Below, piece by piece: positions 9,371-18,705 of a stretch of DNA of 64,000 bases. The DNA is from a phage. Both the position numbers and the translations under genes were made by a program. Each line of letters starts with the position of its first letter. The first letter of the stretch is position 1. Below the pieces are notes generated by a model that saw only the letters and a list, made by a program, of their open reading frames with translations, searched no databases and was not told the origin of the DNA. The stretch lies in NCBI GenBank assembly GCA_033648345.1, contig GCA_033648345.1_4121.1. One strand, given 5' to 3'.

Positions 9371-9396
9371 GTGTAATCATTTTTAAGGAGATACCT

Positions 9397-9972
9397 ATGG
9401 AAAATTTTAAAATACCAGATGATTTCAATTCAGTACAAGAGATTGTACACAAGGTTCATTATATTTTTAATGAATTAATTATTGCCAATTCATCCGGTAT
9501 GCAAATTGAGTTAAAGGATATTGATAGAGAAGAAGTTTTTTTGGGTTCCCCAAATTCAATCATTCCTTTTTATGGACAAGATCGTTTATGGTTCATGAGA
9601 GATACCCCAATTGACAAATACAAAATACAAACAAAATCAGAGTTTTATTCTATTTTTGAATATCTTAATATTACATTACAAACACAAGATATAAATGCAA
9701 TGAGTGCCATGAGTGCAGAGGATTATTTTCAGTACAGTACAGTGTATAGTCCAGAAGAAATCTTTGTTGTTATGCTCGTTGCAAAATTGAGTACAGTTGA
9801 TTTTGGGACGTACCCAAATAAATCATTCAAGATTATTATTCCTGCATTCGTCGATCTTTATGATTTCATTGTGCACAAGAAAGAAAGTACAGTGTACGAT
9901 ATGTATCGTTCAAATATCAGTTTATTTGCATCAAGTGCAGTAAATGCAGTGATTACAGGGGAATTAAAATGA
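9397..9972 (+). CDS. Family B protein
   Basis: Track ORF 9361..9972 starts inside the promoter spacer; in-frame ATG at 9397 with RBS TAAGGAG; motif SAEDYFQYSTVYSPEE. Confidence 0.6.
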   Translation: MENFKIPDDFNSVQEIVHKVHYIFNELIIANSSGMQIELKDIDREEVFLGSPNSIIPFYGQDRLWFMRDTPIDKYKIQTKSEFYSIFEYLNITLQTQDINAMSAMSAEDYFQYSTVYSPEEIFVVMLVAKLSTVDFGTYPNKSFKIIIPAFVDLYDFIVHKKESTVYDMYRSNISLFASSAVNAVITGELK

Positions 9973-10577
9973 ACATAGACCAATTAATGAAGTACAGTAC
10001 AAATACAATTCCAGTGCTAAGTAAAGCATTAGATGCATTCAATGCTAAGTACCCTGAAGGTTCAGAGTTAAATATTCCTTTTACCACAGAAGGAATTGTT
10101 GATACGTACATTGTAAACATCAGTAGTACAGGTATTGTTTTGAAGCAAAAGTACGGCGAAAGTGAATATTATGGATTGAAGCTGGATAATATTTCAGGAG
10201 AGAAGACACCTTATGAGTTTTGGGTTCCGAATAACATTGAGTCATGGAAAACAAATATTAATAAGAGAGACGAAAGAAATTTACCTCTTGTACAAAATAA
10301 TGAAAAAAGAATTGACGTATTTTATTATTACAGTACAGCCCAGTTTCCAGAAGAGATTTATTTAAATTCAGAGGTGCATGAAGATATTGAATCATTTTTC
10401 TTTCAGTTATCATTGGTACAGGATATCATGCCTGTGCAAATGTTCAGGGATGAAATAAATTTAGCGAAAGAGATTTCGGATATGTTACCTGAATTTAGTG
10501 TTCTTTATGGTAGTAGAGCTTTACCTGAAAATGTATACAAAGAATTTATTTCCATTGTTAAAGGGTTGAATATATAA
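9969..10577 (+). CDS. Family B protein
   Basis: 202 aa; ESFFFQLSLVQD. Confidence 0.6.
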   Translation: MNIDQLMKYSTNTIPVLSKALDAFNAKYPEGSELNIPFTTEGIVDTYIVNISSTGIVLKQKYGESEYYGLKLDNISGEKTPYEFWVPNNIESWKTNINKRDERNLPLVQNNEKRIDVFYYYSTAQFPEEIYLNSEVHEDIESFFFQLSLVQDIMPVQMFRDEINLAKEISDMLPEFSVLYGSRALPENVYKEFISIVKGLNI

Positions 10578-10578
10578 T

Positions 10579-10773
10579 ATGACCGCCTATGATATCAAAC
10601 AAAGGCATACGAAGTTTGATTTGTTCACATACCAATTCCACAATGATATAGTGAATTTTAACATCAATGCGTCATTGCATCCTACATCACAAGATGATTT
10701 TGACAACAGAGTGCTTAACATCGTGGTGCTTTTGTGTTATAATCATTTCAGTGAATATTTTAACACAAGATAA
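10579..10773 (+). CDS. Hypothetical protein
   Basis: 64 aa track ORF. Confidence 0.45.
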   Translation: MTAYDIKQRHTKFDLFTYQFHNDIVNFNINASLHPTSQDDFDNRVLNIVVLLCYNHFSEYFNTR

Positions 10774-10786
10774 GGTTGAGGCACAC

Positions 10787-11305
10787 ATGTATCAGGCCAA
10801 GTACAATACATCATATGCATTTGCACACAACATTTTGAAGATCATCAAAGCGTTAGAGGGTGGATTGCTTAGTCATAAGTACACCAAAGTAGGTGACAAT
10901 TGGTTCAGAAATGATGATGAGTTCAGAAGTCATAAGATTGTTTACAGCAATAATTACAGTGCCAATTACCTTCAGGATGTTGCTATGTGCTTCGAATACG
11001 TGTTACAGTTCAGGGGTTCCATCAGTCCAGAGCTAAGAGAACACATGTACATTCGATACCTACCAATGCTTAAGGATGAGAAAACAATATTCAATTCAGT
11101 ACACCACAGAGTACGAGAGAGAACATTCAGGGATATTTTAGAAGATGAAGCTGCATATTTCCAGCAATCATTGATTGATGCTCCTGATGTGTTACAGATG
11201 CAGAATTTGTATAATGTATTAGATGCGAACATCGATACGGATATCTTTTTTTCCTTAAGTGATTATGAAACATTTTTGGAAGATTTAAAGGAAATAGGAT
11301 TATGA
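10787..11305 (+). CDS. Family B protein
   Basis: Track ORF 10667..11305; in-frame ATG at 10787 after RBS AAGGTTGAGG; EDEAAYFQQSLIDAPD. Confidence 0.6.
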   Translation: MYQAKYNTSYAFAHNILKIIKALEGGLLSHKYTKVGDNWFRNDDEFRSHKIVYSNNYSANYLQDVAMCFEYVLQFRGSISPELREHMYIRYLPMLKDEKTIFNSVHHRVRERTFRDILEDEAAYFQQSLIDAPDVLQMQNLYNVLDANIDTDIFFSLSDYETFLEDLKEIGL

Positions 11306-11646
11306 GTAGATTTTCAGTTTATATAGTAAACGTCAGTAAAGATGGTAGTTTAATTGAATTTGATGTAGTTGATGACAATGATAATTCATATTGTATTAAG
11401 GTACAGGACAATGATGTACAGTTCAGTACAAGGACAAATTTTGAAAATCCAGTCCAAGTTCCGAATTTCATAGAAGATGAAGCTGCACGATTCCAATACG
11501 AAACGGCCTTTGATAATTTAGCGATGCATATTATTATGCAACAGAGTTTAGTTCAATTGCTTCAGGTATTCAGACAAAATATATATGTACACGAAGTGTC
11601 GATTAATGGCATTCAAAGTTCCGTTTTGTTCAGTACAAATATGTAA
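11302..11646 (+). CDS. Family B protein
   Basis: 114 aa; EDEAARFQYETAFD. Confidence 0.6.
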   Translation: MSRFSVYIVNVSKDGSLIEFDVVDDNDNSYCIKVQDNDVQFSTRTNFENPVQVPNFIEDEAARFQYETAFDNLAMHIIMQQSLVQLLQVFRQNIYVHEVSINGIQSSVLFSTNM

Positions 11647-11656
11647 GGAAAGTACA

Positions 11657-12211
11657 ATGAGTTCAATGAGTTTATTAGATACATTAGAAAAAGACAGAAG
11701 TGCCATTAAGAGATTAAAAAATCTTGTCCAGAGCATTGCGAACAACGCTGAGAAGTTCAGTGACAATCTTAGTATAGGTGATATAACCAGTACAGGAATA
11801 AAATCCCTGAAGTCAGATTTATTAATTCATAAGGAAGATAAATTATTATTTGTATTGAGTTCAGATTTAATGGTTGCAAGTAATGGTTTCAATTCGATAT
11901 CAACACAAGATGGTAGCACAGGATTATATCTATCACAGGGTGTCCAGACGAACGAACAAAAGTGTTTTAGTTCAGGAGTACAGAATCCCTTTAAGTTCAG
12001 TACAGAACAAGCTACAGAGCTTTTAGATGCTTCAGAAGAGATGTTATTTCAGTACAAAACGGTTCATACAGATTTTGAATTACGATGCATGTACGCTGTT
12101 AAGCATTATGTTCAGGAGTTCGAGAATTTAAGTTATCTTTTAGTTCGAACGAATACAAAGAACATTGGTGCATTAGAAGATTACATTTCAAAAGTTGTTA
12201 AAGGGTGCTAA
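11657..12211 (+). CDS. Family B protein
   Basis: Track ORF 11585..12211; in-frame ATG at 11657 (MSSMSLLD); SEEMLFQYKTVHTD. Confidence 0.6.
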   Translation: MSSMSLLDTLEKDRSAIKRLKNLVQSIANNAEKFSDNLSIGDITSTGIKSLKSDLLIHKEDKLLFVLSSDLMVASNGFNSISTQDGSTGLYLSQGVQTNEQKCFSSGVQNPFKFSTEQATELLDASEEMLFQYKTVHTDFELRCMYAVKHYVQEFENLSYLLVRTNTKNIGALEDYISKVVKGC

Positions 12212-12220
12212 AGGGTGCTG

Positions 12221-12382
12221 ATGAAAGAGTTATTTGAAGAACAGTTCGATACATATGTGGATAATATTCTTTATTCCAGTCGTGCTAGTCAACGAGGAAA
12301 TCGTGCTTACAACATAGATTACCTATTAACGGTGCTGAGTTCACAGTACACCTACGCTGTGCAGAGGACATATTATGGATAA
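12221..12382 (+). CDS. Small hypothetical protein (53 aa)
   Basis: Read by hand; stop overlaps next ATG (ATGGATAA); below track cutoff. Confidence 0.3.
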   Translation: MKELFEEQFDTYVDNILYSSRASQRGNRAYNIDYLLTVLSSQYTYAVQRTYYG

Positions 12383-12578
12383 TTTTAGAGATGTTGCTAA
12401 GGAGAAGTTCAAGTGCAGTTTAGATTACGGTTTAAATGATTTTCTTACATGCACAATGTACAGGAATGATGATTATGAGCAATCCGTAATTTCGTTGCAC
12501 AGATATTTCGAAATAATTTACGCAAGATATCTTAGAAGGTTAGATGGGATAGGGGATTGGAATTATGATTACGTTTGA
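12375..12578 (+). CDS. Hypothetical protein
   Basis: 67 aa track ORF. Confidence 0.45.
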   Translation: MDNFRDVAKEKFKCSLDYGLNDFLTCTMYRNDDYEQSVISLHRYFEIIYARYLRRLDGIGDWNYDYV

Positions 12579-12789
12579 AGAGCCGGAAGTAGTATATTGC
12601 TATAGTGTGAAAGGTTTTGAATACATGATGGATTCGATTTTGAAGGATACATATTTGGTTCAGATTGCAGTTACAGATAATACAGATAATGCATTACAGC
12701 GAGTATTGAATATATACGAGAGGACGAGTCGAAGGCTTTGTGCATTGAAAAGGATTGAAGAAATCAAGCTTTCTAGGCTGAATAAATAG
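12565..12789 (+). CDS. Hypothetical protein
   Basis: 74 aa track ORF. Confidence 0.45.
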   Translation: MITFEEPEVVYCYSVKGFEYMMDSILKDTYLVQIAVTDNTDNALQRVLNIYERTSRRLCALKRIEEIKLSRLNK

Positions 12790-12986
12790 AGACGTTTCGT
12801 TTTCACAGGCCGCAGGGGGGGGTCAAAAAAAATTTTCGCTGAAAAACATGTTAAGGTATATGTTTAATATAAAGTTTTAAAATGTGTTCACAGAGTACAG
12901 TTCATGTTTCCTGAAACAAAAAATACCCCGCCGCGAACGTTCTCCTTATATTGGAGTTTACCTTATTAATTACAGTTGAGATTAAG

Positions 12987-13364
12987 ATGGAAATAAAATA
13001 TAATGATTTTTGTGCAAGGACATGGATGTACACTGGTGAGTTAGTTACGCACTCTAACTTATACAAGGGTGATTTAAACTACGCAAGGGACAAGATTTTA
13101 AAGTACTGGAATTCTGACTTTTATTTGATGGATTTTAGTACTGGGTTTAGGGGTAAAGCAACCGAGATGTTGGACTATACAGTACTTGATGATGCGGCAC
13201 TGTTTCAGGAGGCATTAGTATTTGATAAGAAGTACATCTGTACATTAGAAGAGATGATTGAAATCCAGCGTAGAATTAAATGTATTCACAGAGAATGTAT
13301 AGACATCTGGTGCAGTACTGGTGAGGCTGATTTCTGGAAATTTTTTAATCTAGGGGAAGAGTGA
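12987..13364 (+). CDS. Family B protein (DKKY subfamily)
   Basis: Track ORF 12951 begins with TTG; in-frame ATG at 12987; motif DDAALFQEALVFDKKYICTLEE. Confidence 0.6.
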   Translation: MEIKYNDFCARTWMYTGELVTHSNLYKGDLNYARDKILKYWNSDFYLMDFSTGFRGKATEMLDYTVLDDAALFQEALVFDKKYICTLEEMIEIQRRIKCIHRECIDIWCSTGEADFWKFFNLGEE

Positions 13365-13720
13365 TGGAATTTGATTTTGTAATATCAGTACATTCTTTTA
13401 AGAACAGTTTTCAGTACTTTTGTAATTTAAACAAAGGTGATTTAATGCACAGTGCAAATGAGTATATTCATTACACTCAGGGTAAATTTACATTCATTGA
13501 TTACAGTTCATTACAGTATCCGCATCAGGATATGCCGGATTATACAGTACTTGATGAGGCTGAACTATTTCAGGAGTCATTAGTATTTGATAAGAAGTAC
13601 TTGTGTACATTTGAAGAAGTAATTGCAATACAAAATGAAATGAAAGAGTATGACTCTTTGAATAAAGGCAATGTCAGTATTAATCAAGAATACAAATTCA
13701 ATATAGGAATTCCAGAATGA
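13361..13720 (+). CDS. Family B protein (DKKY subfamily)
   Basis: 119 aa; DEAELFQESLVFDKKYLCTFEE. Confidence 0.65.
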   Translation: MMEFDFVISVHSFKNSFQYFCNLNKGDLMHSANEYIHYTQGKFTFIDYSSLQYPHQDMPDYTVLDEAELFQESLVFDKKYLCTFEEVIAIQNEMKEYDSLNKGNVSINQEYKFNIGIPE

Positions 13721-14061
13721 CATTTGATTTTTCTATGTTTATACCTAAGATTAGTACTTCACTGGAAGTGTATTGCAATCTTAACAAAGGTGATTATGAA
13801 CACAAAATGGATCAGTACATTAAATTTAATGGTTCTTACTTTAGCTTCATTGATTATCAGGCCAAAGGAACAGTTGTAGAAAATATGAAAGACTATGCAA
13901 CTGTACATGGTGAGGCTGAAATATTTCAAGAGTCATTAATATTTGACAAGAAGTACTTGTGTACACTAGAGGAAGTTATTGAACTCCAACAGAAGATGAA
14001 AGAATATAGAAGAATCTGCATAGAGACTGATTCCAAAGATAGGTATTGTTTTAAGCTATGA
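13717..14061 (+). CDS. Family B protein (DKKY subfamily)
   Basis: 114 aa; GEAEIFQESLIFDKKYLCTLEE. Confidence 0.65.
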   Translation: MTFDFSMFIPKISTSLEVYCNLNKGDYEHKMDQYIKFNGSYFSFIDYQAKGTVVENMKDYATVHGEAEIFQESLIFDKKYLCTLEEVIELQQKMKEYRRICIETDSKDRYCFKL

Positions 14062-14243
14062 ATAAAAAAGAACAAATGGAATCATTCATGAATACAATAC
14101 TTCGACGATTCGTAATTGATATTAGACATAACAACAGCATTAGGAATGATATGTACTTCGGTACATATGATATTAGTGAATTGTATATAGCTAATATTCA
14201 CATGGTTTACCGAGATTATATCAAGACACAACACAGGAGTTGA
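14058..14243 (+). CDS. Hypothetical protein
   Basis: 61 aa track ORF, ATGA overlap. Confidence 0.45.
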   Translation: MNKKEQMESFMNTILRRFVIDIRHNNSIRNDMYFGTYDISELYIANIHMVYRDYIKTQHRS

Positions 14244-14244
14244 T

Positions 14245-14715
14245 ATGAGTTTTGCAAGAGCATTAGAAATTGCTAAGTTAATTGATTTATGTAAAAAGGA
14301 AATAGTACTCAATCGTCTCAATGGGTATCTATTCAAGGAAGGTAAAGCTTATTGTCGAATGATATACGATGACAGTAGTGAGTACATTCACATGTACGAA
14401 GAAAACTTAGATTCTTCTGAAACAACACTCACTGGGTGTGATGTTAATCTGGAAGATAATTACATGTACTTCTGTCGTGATGCTGATATTTTAATACAAT
14501 ATACTGACATTATAACTGGTACAGCAGAAAAACATCTTCCGTATTCAGTACTGGATAATGACTGGGGAAGTGAAGAGTTCTACTTCCAGCAGAATACTAT
14601 CTACGAGGAAGATGTGCTTGACAAGCTTGTCATTCTGTGGTACTTTAATAATACCGATTGTCCTAGCTTCTATCTGGACTTGGATCTACTACGAGTTATT
14701 AAAGAGGATATATGA
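14245..14715 (+). CDS. Family B protein (WYF subfamily)
   Basis: 156 aa; GSEEFYFQQNTIYEEDVLDKLVILWYF. Confidence 0.65.
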   Translation: MSFARALEIAKLIDLCKKEIVLNRLNGYLFKEGKAYCRMIYDDSSEYIHMYEENLDSSETTLTGCDVNLEDNYMYFCRDADILIQYTDIITGTAEKHLPYSVLDNDWGSEEFYFQQNTIYEEDVLDKLVILWYFNNTDCPSFYLDLDLLRVIKEDI

Positions 14716-15152
14716 GTTTAGCAAGTGCACTTAAACTGGCACACAAAATACATCACTTCCACGATAACATAAAAAGTGGTTTCTATGGTGATAAAGTAAG
14801 TGCATTTGGTAATGAGTATTATCTATCAGGTATAAAGACATACTCTGATGATATTTTACTTATGGGCCATGATAAAGACAATACTATACAGTACTCTTCA
14901 TGTAGTCAATATACTAGTTTTTTTGTATATATTCCAGGTACTAAGATTACTTTTGACACATCAAATACACCTGTTGACTTCGGGGTACTTGATGGGCCGT
15001 GGGGTACTGAAGAGTATTACTTCCAACAGAGTCTTATTTTTAACCAAGAAATGCTTGATTCCTTGGTTGTTTTGTGGTACTTTAAGGAATTGAATTTTGA
15101 ACCCTTCTTCCTTGACTGGGGAGCATGTGAATATTTAAGTACAGGGGATTAG
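14712..15152 (+). CDS. Family B protein (WYF subfamily)
   Basis: 146 aa; GTEEYYFQQSLIFNQEMLDSLVVLWYF. Confidence 0.65.
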   Translation: MSLASALKLAHKIHHFHDNIKSGFYGDKVSAFGNEYYLSGIKTYSDDILLMGHDKDNTIQYSSCSQYTSFFVYIPGTKITFDTSNTPVDFGVLDGPWGTEEYYFQQSLIFNQEMLDSLVVLWYFKELNFEPFFLDWGACEYLSTGD

Positions 15153-15154
15153 TA

Positions 15155-15643
15155 ATGTCATTACAAAGTGCATTGAAAGAAGCAAAGAAGATTCATGAGT
15201 ACATGATTATGGTACAAGAAGGTTCAGTTCCTGGGGTGTATAAAACATCTGATACTGAATTTTTTGTAAAAGACCGCGACGATTATGATGAGTCAGAGAT
15301 ACATGCAGAAACGTTAGTACTACACACTGATACGGGTGATACTGATGACTGTGAATATCATATGTACAATCAATACATTAGTTATTGTAGAGATGAAGAT
15401 ATTATAATTTACAGCCCTGATTACGATGATTATGACACAATTATTCCGTATTCAGTACTGGATGGTCCGTGGGACAGTGAGGAATATTACTTCCAGAACA
15501 GTACTGTGTACAATGAAGAAGAATTAGATGTTATTGTAATTATGTGGTACTTTAAAAGTATTGGTTCTGGTAGTTTCTATTTCGATTATGAATACGTAGA
15601 GAATACTGTAGGGGAAGATAATGTCATTACGAAGTGCTCTTGA
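15155..15643 (+). CDS. Family B protein (WYF subfamily)
   Basis: 162 aa; DSEEYYFQNSTVYNEEELDVIVIMWYF. Confidence 0.65.
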   Translation: MSLQSALKEAKKIHEYMIMVQEGSVPGVYKTSDTEFFVKDRDDYDESEIHAETLVLHTDTGDTDDCEYHMYNQYISYCRDEDIIIYSPDYDDYDTIIPYSVLDGPWDSEEYYFQNSTVYNEEELDVIVIMWYFKSIGSGSFYFDYEYVENTVGEDNVITKCS

Positions 15644-16064
15644 TAAAGCAAAAGAACTACAGGCATATATTGAAGATATTAAGGCTGGGAAGTTCGAAGA
15701 AGTATACAAAGCCGAGAATGGTAACTACTACAAGGATTGTGATTTTGCTACAACTACAGTTATTCTTGGGTTGAATTCCAAAAGTCCCGCAGATTTTTCA
15801 CAATACAATCCAGATGCAGAATTTATCAGTTATGCTTATGGTGGTGAAATCCGTTTTTATAATCGCAGCAGACCTTTAAAATTGAACTTTGAAGTACTGA
15901 AAGGTCCGTGGGATAGTGAAGAGTATTACTTCCAGAATAGTACTTTGTATGATGATGAAGTACTAGATACTTTAGTTATTATGTGGTACTTTAAAAGTAT
16001 TGATAGTACAAGATTTTATTTGGATTATGAATATGTACGTGAAGCATATAAGGGCAAACGATGA
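15621..16064 (+). CDS. Family B protein (WYF subfamily)
   Basis: 147 aa; DSEEYYFQNSTLYDDEVLDTLVIMWYF. Confidence 0.65.
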   Translation: MSLRSALDKAKELQAYIEDIKAGKFEEVYKAENGNYYKDCDFATTTVILGLNSKSPADFSQYNPDAEFISYAYGGEIRFYNRSRPLKLNFEVLKGPWDSEEYYFQNSTLYDDEVLDTLVIMWYFKSIDSTRFYLDYEYVREAYKGKR

Positions 16065-16375
16065 AATTCTTATACAGTATTCAGTACATTCCAGGTACAA
16101 TTAGTTTAATGTATTTCTTCGATCATGATAATTTCCAGCAACTTGCCGTTAGAAGATGTAATGAATCTTTAATGATTGAATATCTTCACGATTGTGATTA
16201 TATTCCCGACTTTCTTGAATGCGATTACAGTGATGATCATGAAACATTTCTTTTTCAGGAATCACTTATATGGGATAAGAGAATTAATTTTCATGCCTTA
16301 ATTGAGATACAAAAACAAGTGAAGTACTACTGGGATTACTTAATTACCCAAAAATATATAGAGATTGAAATATAA
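16061..16375 (+). CDS. Family B protein
   Basis: 104 aa; HETFLFQESLIWDKRIN. Confidence 0.6.
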   Translation: MKFLYSIQYIPGTISLMYFFDHDNFQQLAVRRCNESLMIEYLHDCDYIPDFLECDYSDDHETFLFQESLIWDKRINFHALIEIQKQVKYYWDYLITQKYIEIEI

Positions 16376-16818
16376 TGTACGAAAGTGATCTTAAGCACGC
16401 TGAGGAATTAGTTAATATAGTAAAGTTCTTTCAAAATAATGTAAAGTACTTAGACGACAAAGGGGCATATATTAGTACTATAAGTGTTGGTACAGATATT
16501 CTAGGATTAGGTAATGAATATAAGTACGAGTCCCATGATTATGATTTGGAATTCAAGTACTTCGAATGGAATTCTGGGACTTTCTATTCAATCGATGAAA
16601 GTGGGGGATACATTGAATTCACAGAAGAAGAAGTACTATTCTTAAATTCAGAATATGCTTACTTCCAGTACAGTACTATATACCCAAGTAGTGCATTAAG
16701 AGCTTTAGTAGTTTTTAATGCATTTCTGAAAGAGAACTTTAATAATTCTATATTCATTGATTTAAATTATGTATATGAACTAAATCAGGTGATATATATG
16801 GAGTCCAGAAAAAAATGA
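16375..16818 (+). CDS. Family B protein
   Basis: 147 aa; SEYAYFQYSTIYPSS. Confidence 0.6.
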   Translation: MYESDLKHAEELVNIVKFFQNNVKYLDDKGAYISTISVGTDILGLGNEYKYESHDYDLEFKYFEWNSGTFYSIDESGGYIEFTEEEVLFLNSEYAYFQYSTIYPSSALRALVVFNAFLKENFNNSIFIDLNYVYELNQVIYMESRKK

Positions 16819-17270
16819 GTTACGAAAGTGCAATCAAGAAAGCAAATGATATTCTAAAAGTTGTTAAGTTCTTCAAAGAAAATCCTGAATACGTAGATGA
16901 TGAACGAAGAGAAGTTTCTAATGGCACGAAGATTACAATTGATTCTTTATTTGACACTAGCAACAACAACTGTAGTACTATTGAATTAGCATACGATTAT
17001 ATTTCATTGAACAGAAAATATGATGAAGTTACGATAGAGCGTCATGAGAATGAAGAATCTTTTAAAATTTCTGATATTTTATCTCTGAGTACAGAAGAAG
17101 GGTACTTTCAGGGAAGTACTGTTTATAATGAAGGAACACTTGACAATCTATGTACATTTAGTGTACTATATCAGAAGTCAGTACTGGATATATTTTATCT
17201 AGACACTGAAAAACTTGATAGGTTAGTTGATTTCGTTACTATAGAAGAGGCATCCTTTGAGAAAAATTAA
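16815..17270 (+). CDS. Family B protein
   Basis: 151 aa; TEEGYFQGSTVYNEG. Confidence 0.6.
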   Translation: MSYESAIKKANDILKVVKFFKENPEYVDDERREVSNGTKITIDSLFDTSNNNCSTIELAYDYISLNRKYDEVTIERHENEESFKISDILSLSTEEGYFQGSTVYNEGTLDNLCTFSVLYQKSVLDIFYLDTEKLDRLVDFVTIEEASFEKN

Positions 17271-17793
17271 TATTAATGATTATGATGCATTACAAGATTT
17301 ATCAAAAAAGATTCGCACTATCGTACCAGTACTGAAAAAATGCAGTACTGGATTAATCGATCCTAGTACTGTTGTTAATGAGAAGTACAATTTTCATTAT
17401 GTATTACAGGGTACTGGGGCATTCCAGAAGTGTGAGGTGCGTGAGAAACACGTAATTGATACATCATTGTTTTCTATTGGTGCACCTATGTCGAATAATA
17501 CTATTTTCCTGGATGACGCAGGAAATATTCAACAATTAACATTTAAGAAAAGGAAAAAGAACAATAACATTGGTGTGTACGCGATGAAGTGGGGTCAACC
17601 TGATTTGAAGCGTGAAATTCACATCCCTAAGTACAATTACAATTCATTTGAAGAACAGTGCTTTCAACTATCTTGTACTGATCCTGACTATGCTATTATT
17701 CAGTTCTATATGGAATTGCAGATTGCATTTAACAGTAATTTGTATATTAACTTATTGGCGATGAACATCGATGAAGTATTCAAAAACATTTAA
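17257..17793 (+). CDS. Family B protein
   Basis: 178 aa; FEEQCFQLSCTDPD. Confidence 0.55.
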   Translation: MRKININDYDALQDLSKKIRTIVPVLKKCSTGLIDPSTVVNEKYNFHYVLQGTGAFQKCEVREKHVIDTSLFSIGAPMSNNTIFLDDAGNIQQLTFKKRKKNNNIGVYAMKWGQPDLKREIHIPKYNYNSFEEQCFQLSCTDPDYAIIQFYMELQIAFNSNLYINLLAMNIDEVFKNI

Positions 17794-17989
17794 TCGAATT
17801 GAATACATGAGAACTGTGAGTGCAGTGTGGGACATATGGTTCACTACTAAACCAAAAATGGATTACCATGACTTTAAGCTATTGTTCTTCGTTGGTTCTA
17901 ATAAACAGGACGTTGCAATGAAGGGTTATATTGAGCACTTACAGGAACTAATACAGAAGAGGATTTATGAAAATAATAGACCAAAGTGA
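17771..17989 (+). CDS. Family A-like small protein
   Basis: 72 aa; FVGSNKQD variant. Confidence 0.5.
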   Translation: MKYSKTFNRIEYMRTVSAVWDIWFTTKPKMDYHDFKLLFFVGSNKQDVAMKGYIEHLQELIQKRIYENNRPK

Positions 17990-18161
17990 CATTGATAAAC
18001 TCTTCGGTATATACTCTAAAAGAATGATGCAAATATCAGACTCATTTAGTACTGAATTCAAAGAATTAAAAGTACTGATGTATTTGGGCACACAGTATCA
18101 GGAACAAGTTGTTAAAGAATATATTGATTCTTTACAGAAGGATATCCGTTATGTACAATGA
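17967..18161 (+). CDS. Family A-like small protein
   Basis: 64 aa; YLGTQYQEQ. Confidence 0.55.
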   Translation: MKIIDQSDIDKLFGIYSKRMMQISDSFSTEFKELKVLMYLGTQYQEQVVKEYIDSLQKDIRYVQ

Positions 18162-18705
18162 ACTTGACTTGACATTTGAGCGTGTAAAAATCTTCATTGA
18201 AACTTATCTTATGCATGAAACTATACTGAAAACAAAAGGAATATGGTTCACTGATAAATTTCTTACTCTAGCTATGAGAGGTGGAATGAAACATCTGTAC
18301 TGCACAGATAATGCAAGAATTTCAGTACTGAATTATGATGAAAGTGTAGCATCCAGTACCAGTTTAATTTCTACATACAATGATAATGTTATTAGTATTA
18401 TGTGCAATATGAATGTCCCATCTATTTCTGTATATAAAAACTGTGATAGTTCATTGGGGTACAAGATTGAGCAGTACTTATATCCTAACACAGAAGAAAA
18501 CATCTTTCAAAATAGTCTTATGTGGGATGATACATCTACTAAGTGCATATATCTTTATAATAAATTAAAAGAGTACATTGTTGATAGTTCAATTAGTACT
18601 GCTGTATTCAGTGTTACTGTTTTTAATGATAATCGTGAAGATATGAGTTATTACAGAGACATTGTAAGAATACATGCAATGTATAAGGATCTACTATGTT
18701 ATTAA
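18151..18705 (+). CDS. Family B protein
   Basis: Track ORF 18109..18705; in-frame ATG at 18151 (MYNELDL); TEENIFQNSLMWDD. Confidence 0.55.
   Translation: MYNELDLTFERVKIFIETYLMHETILKTKGIWFTDKFLTLAMRGGMKHLYCTDNARISVLNYDESVASSTSLISTYNDNVISIMCNMNVPSISVYKNCDSSLGYKIEQYLYPNTEENIFQNSLMWDDTSTKCIYLYNKLKEYIVDSSISTAVFSVTVFNDNREDMSYYRDIVRIHAMYKDLLCY

Noticed and set aside
9361-9396. ATG at 9361 given as the start of track ORF 9361..9972
   Set aside because: This ATG lies between the -35 and -10 hexamers of the promoter at 9342..9370; the in-frame ATG at 9397 with a TAAGGAG RBS is the credible start.
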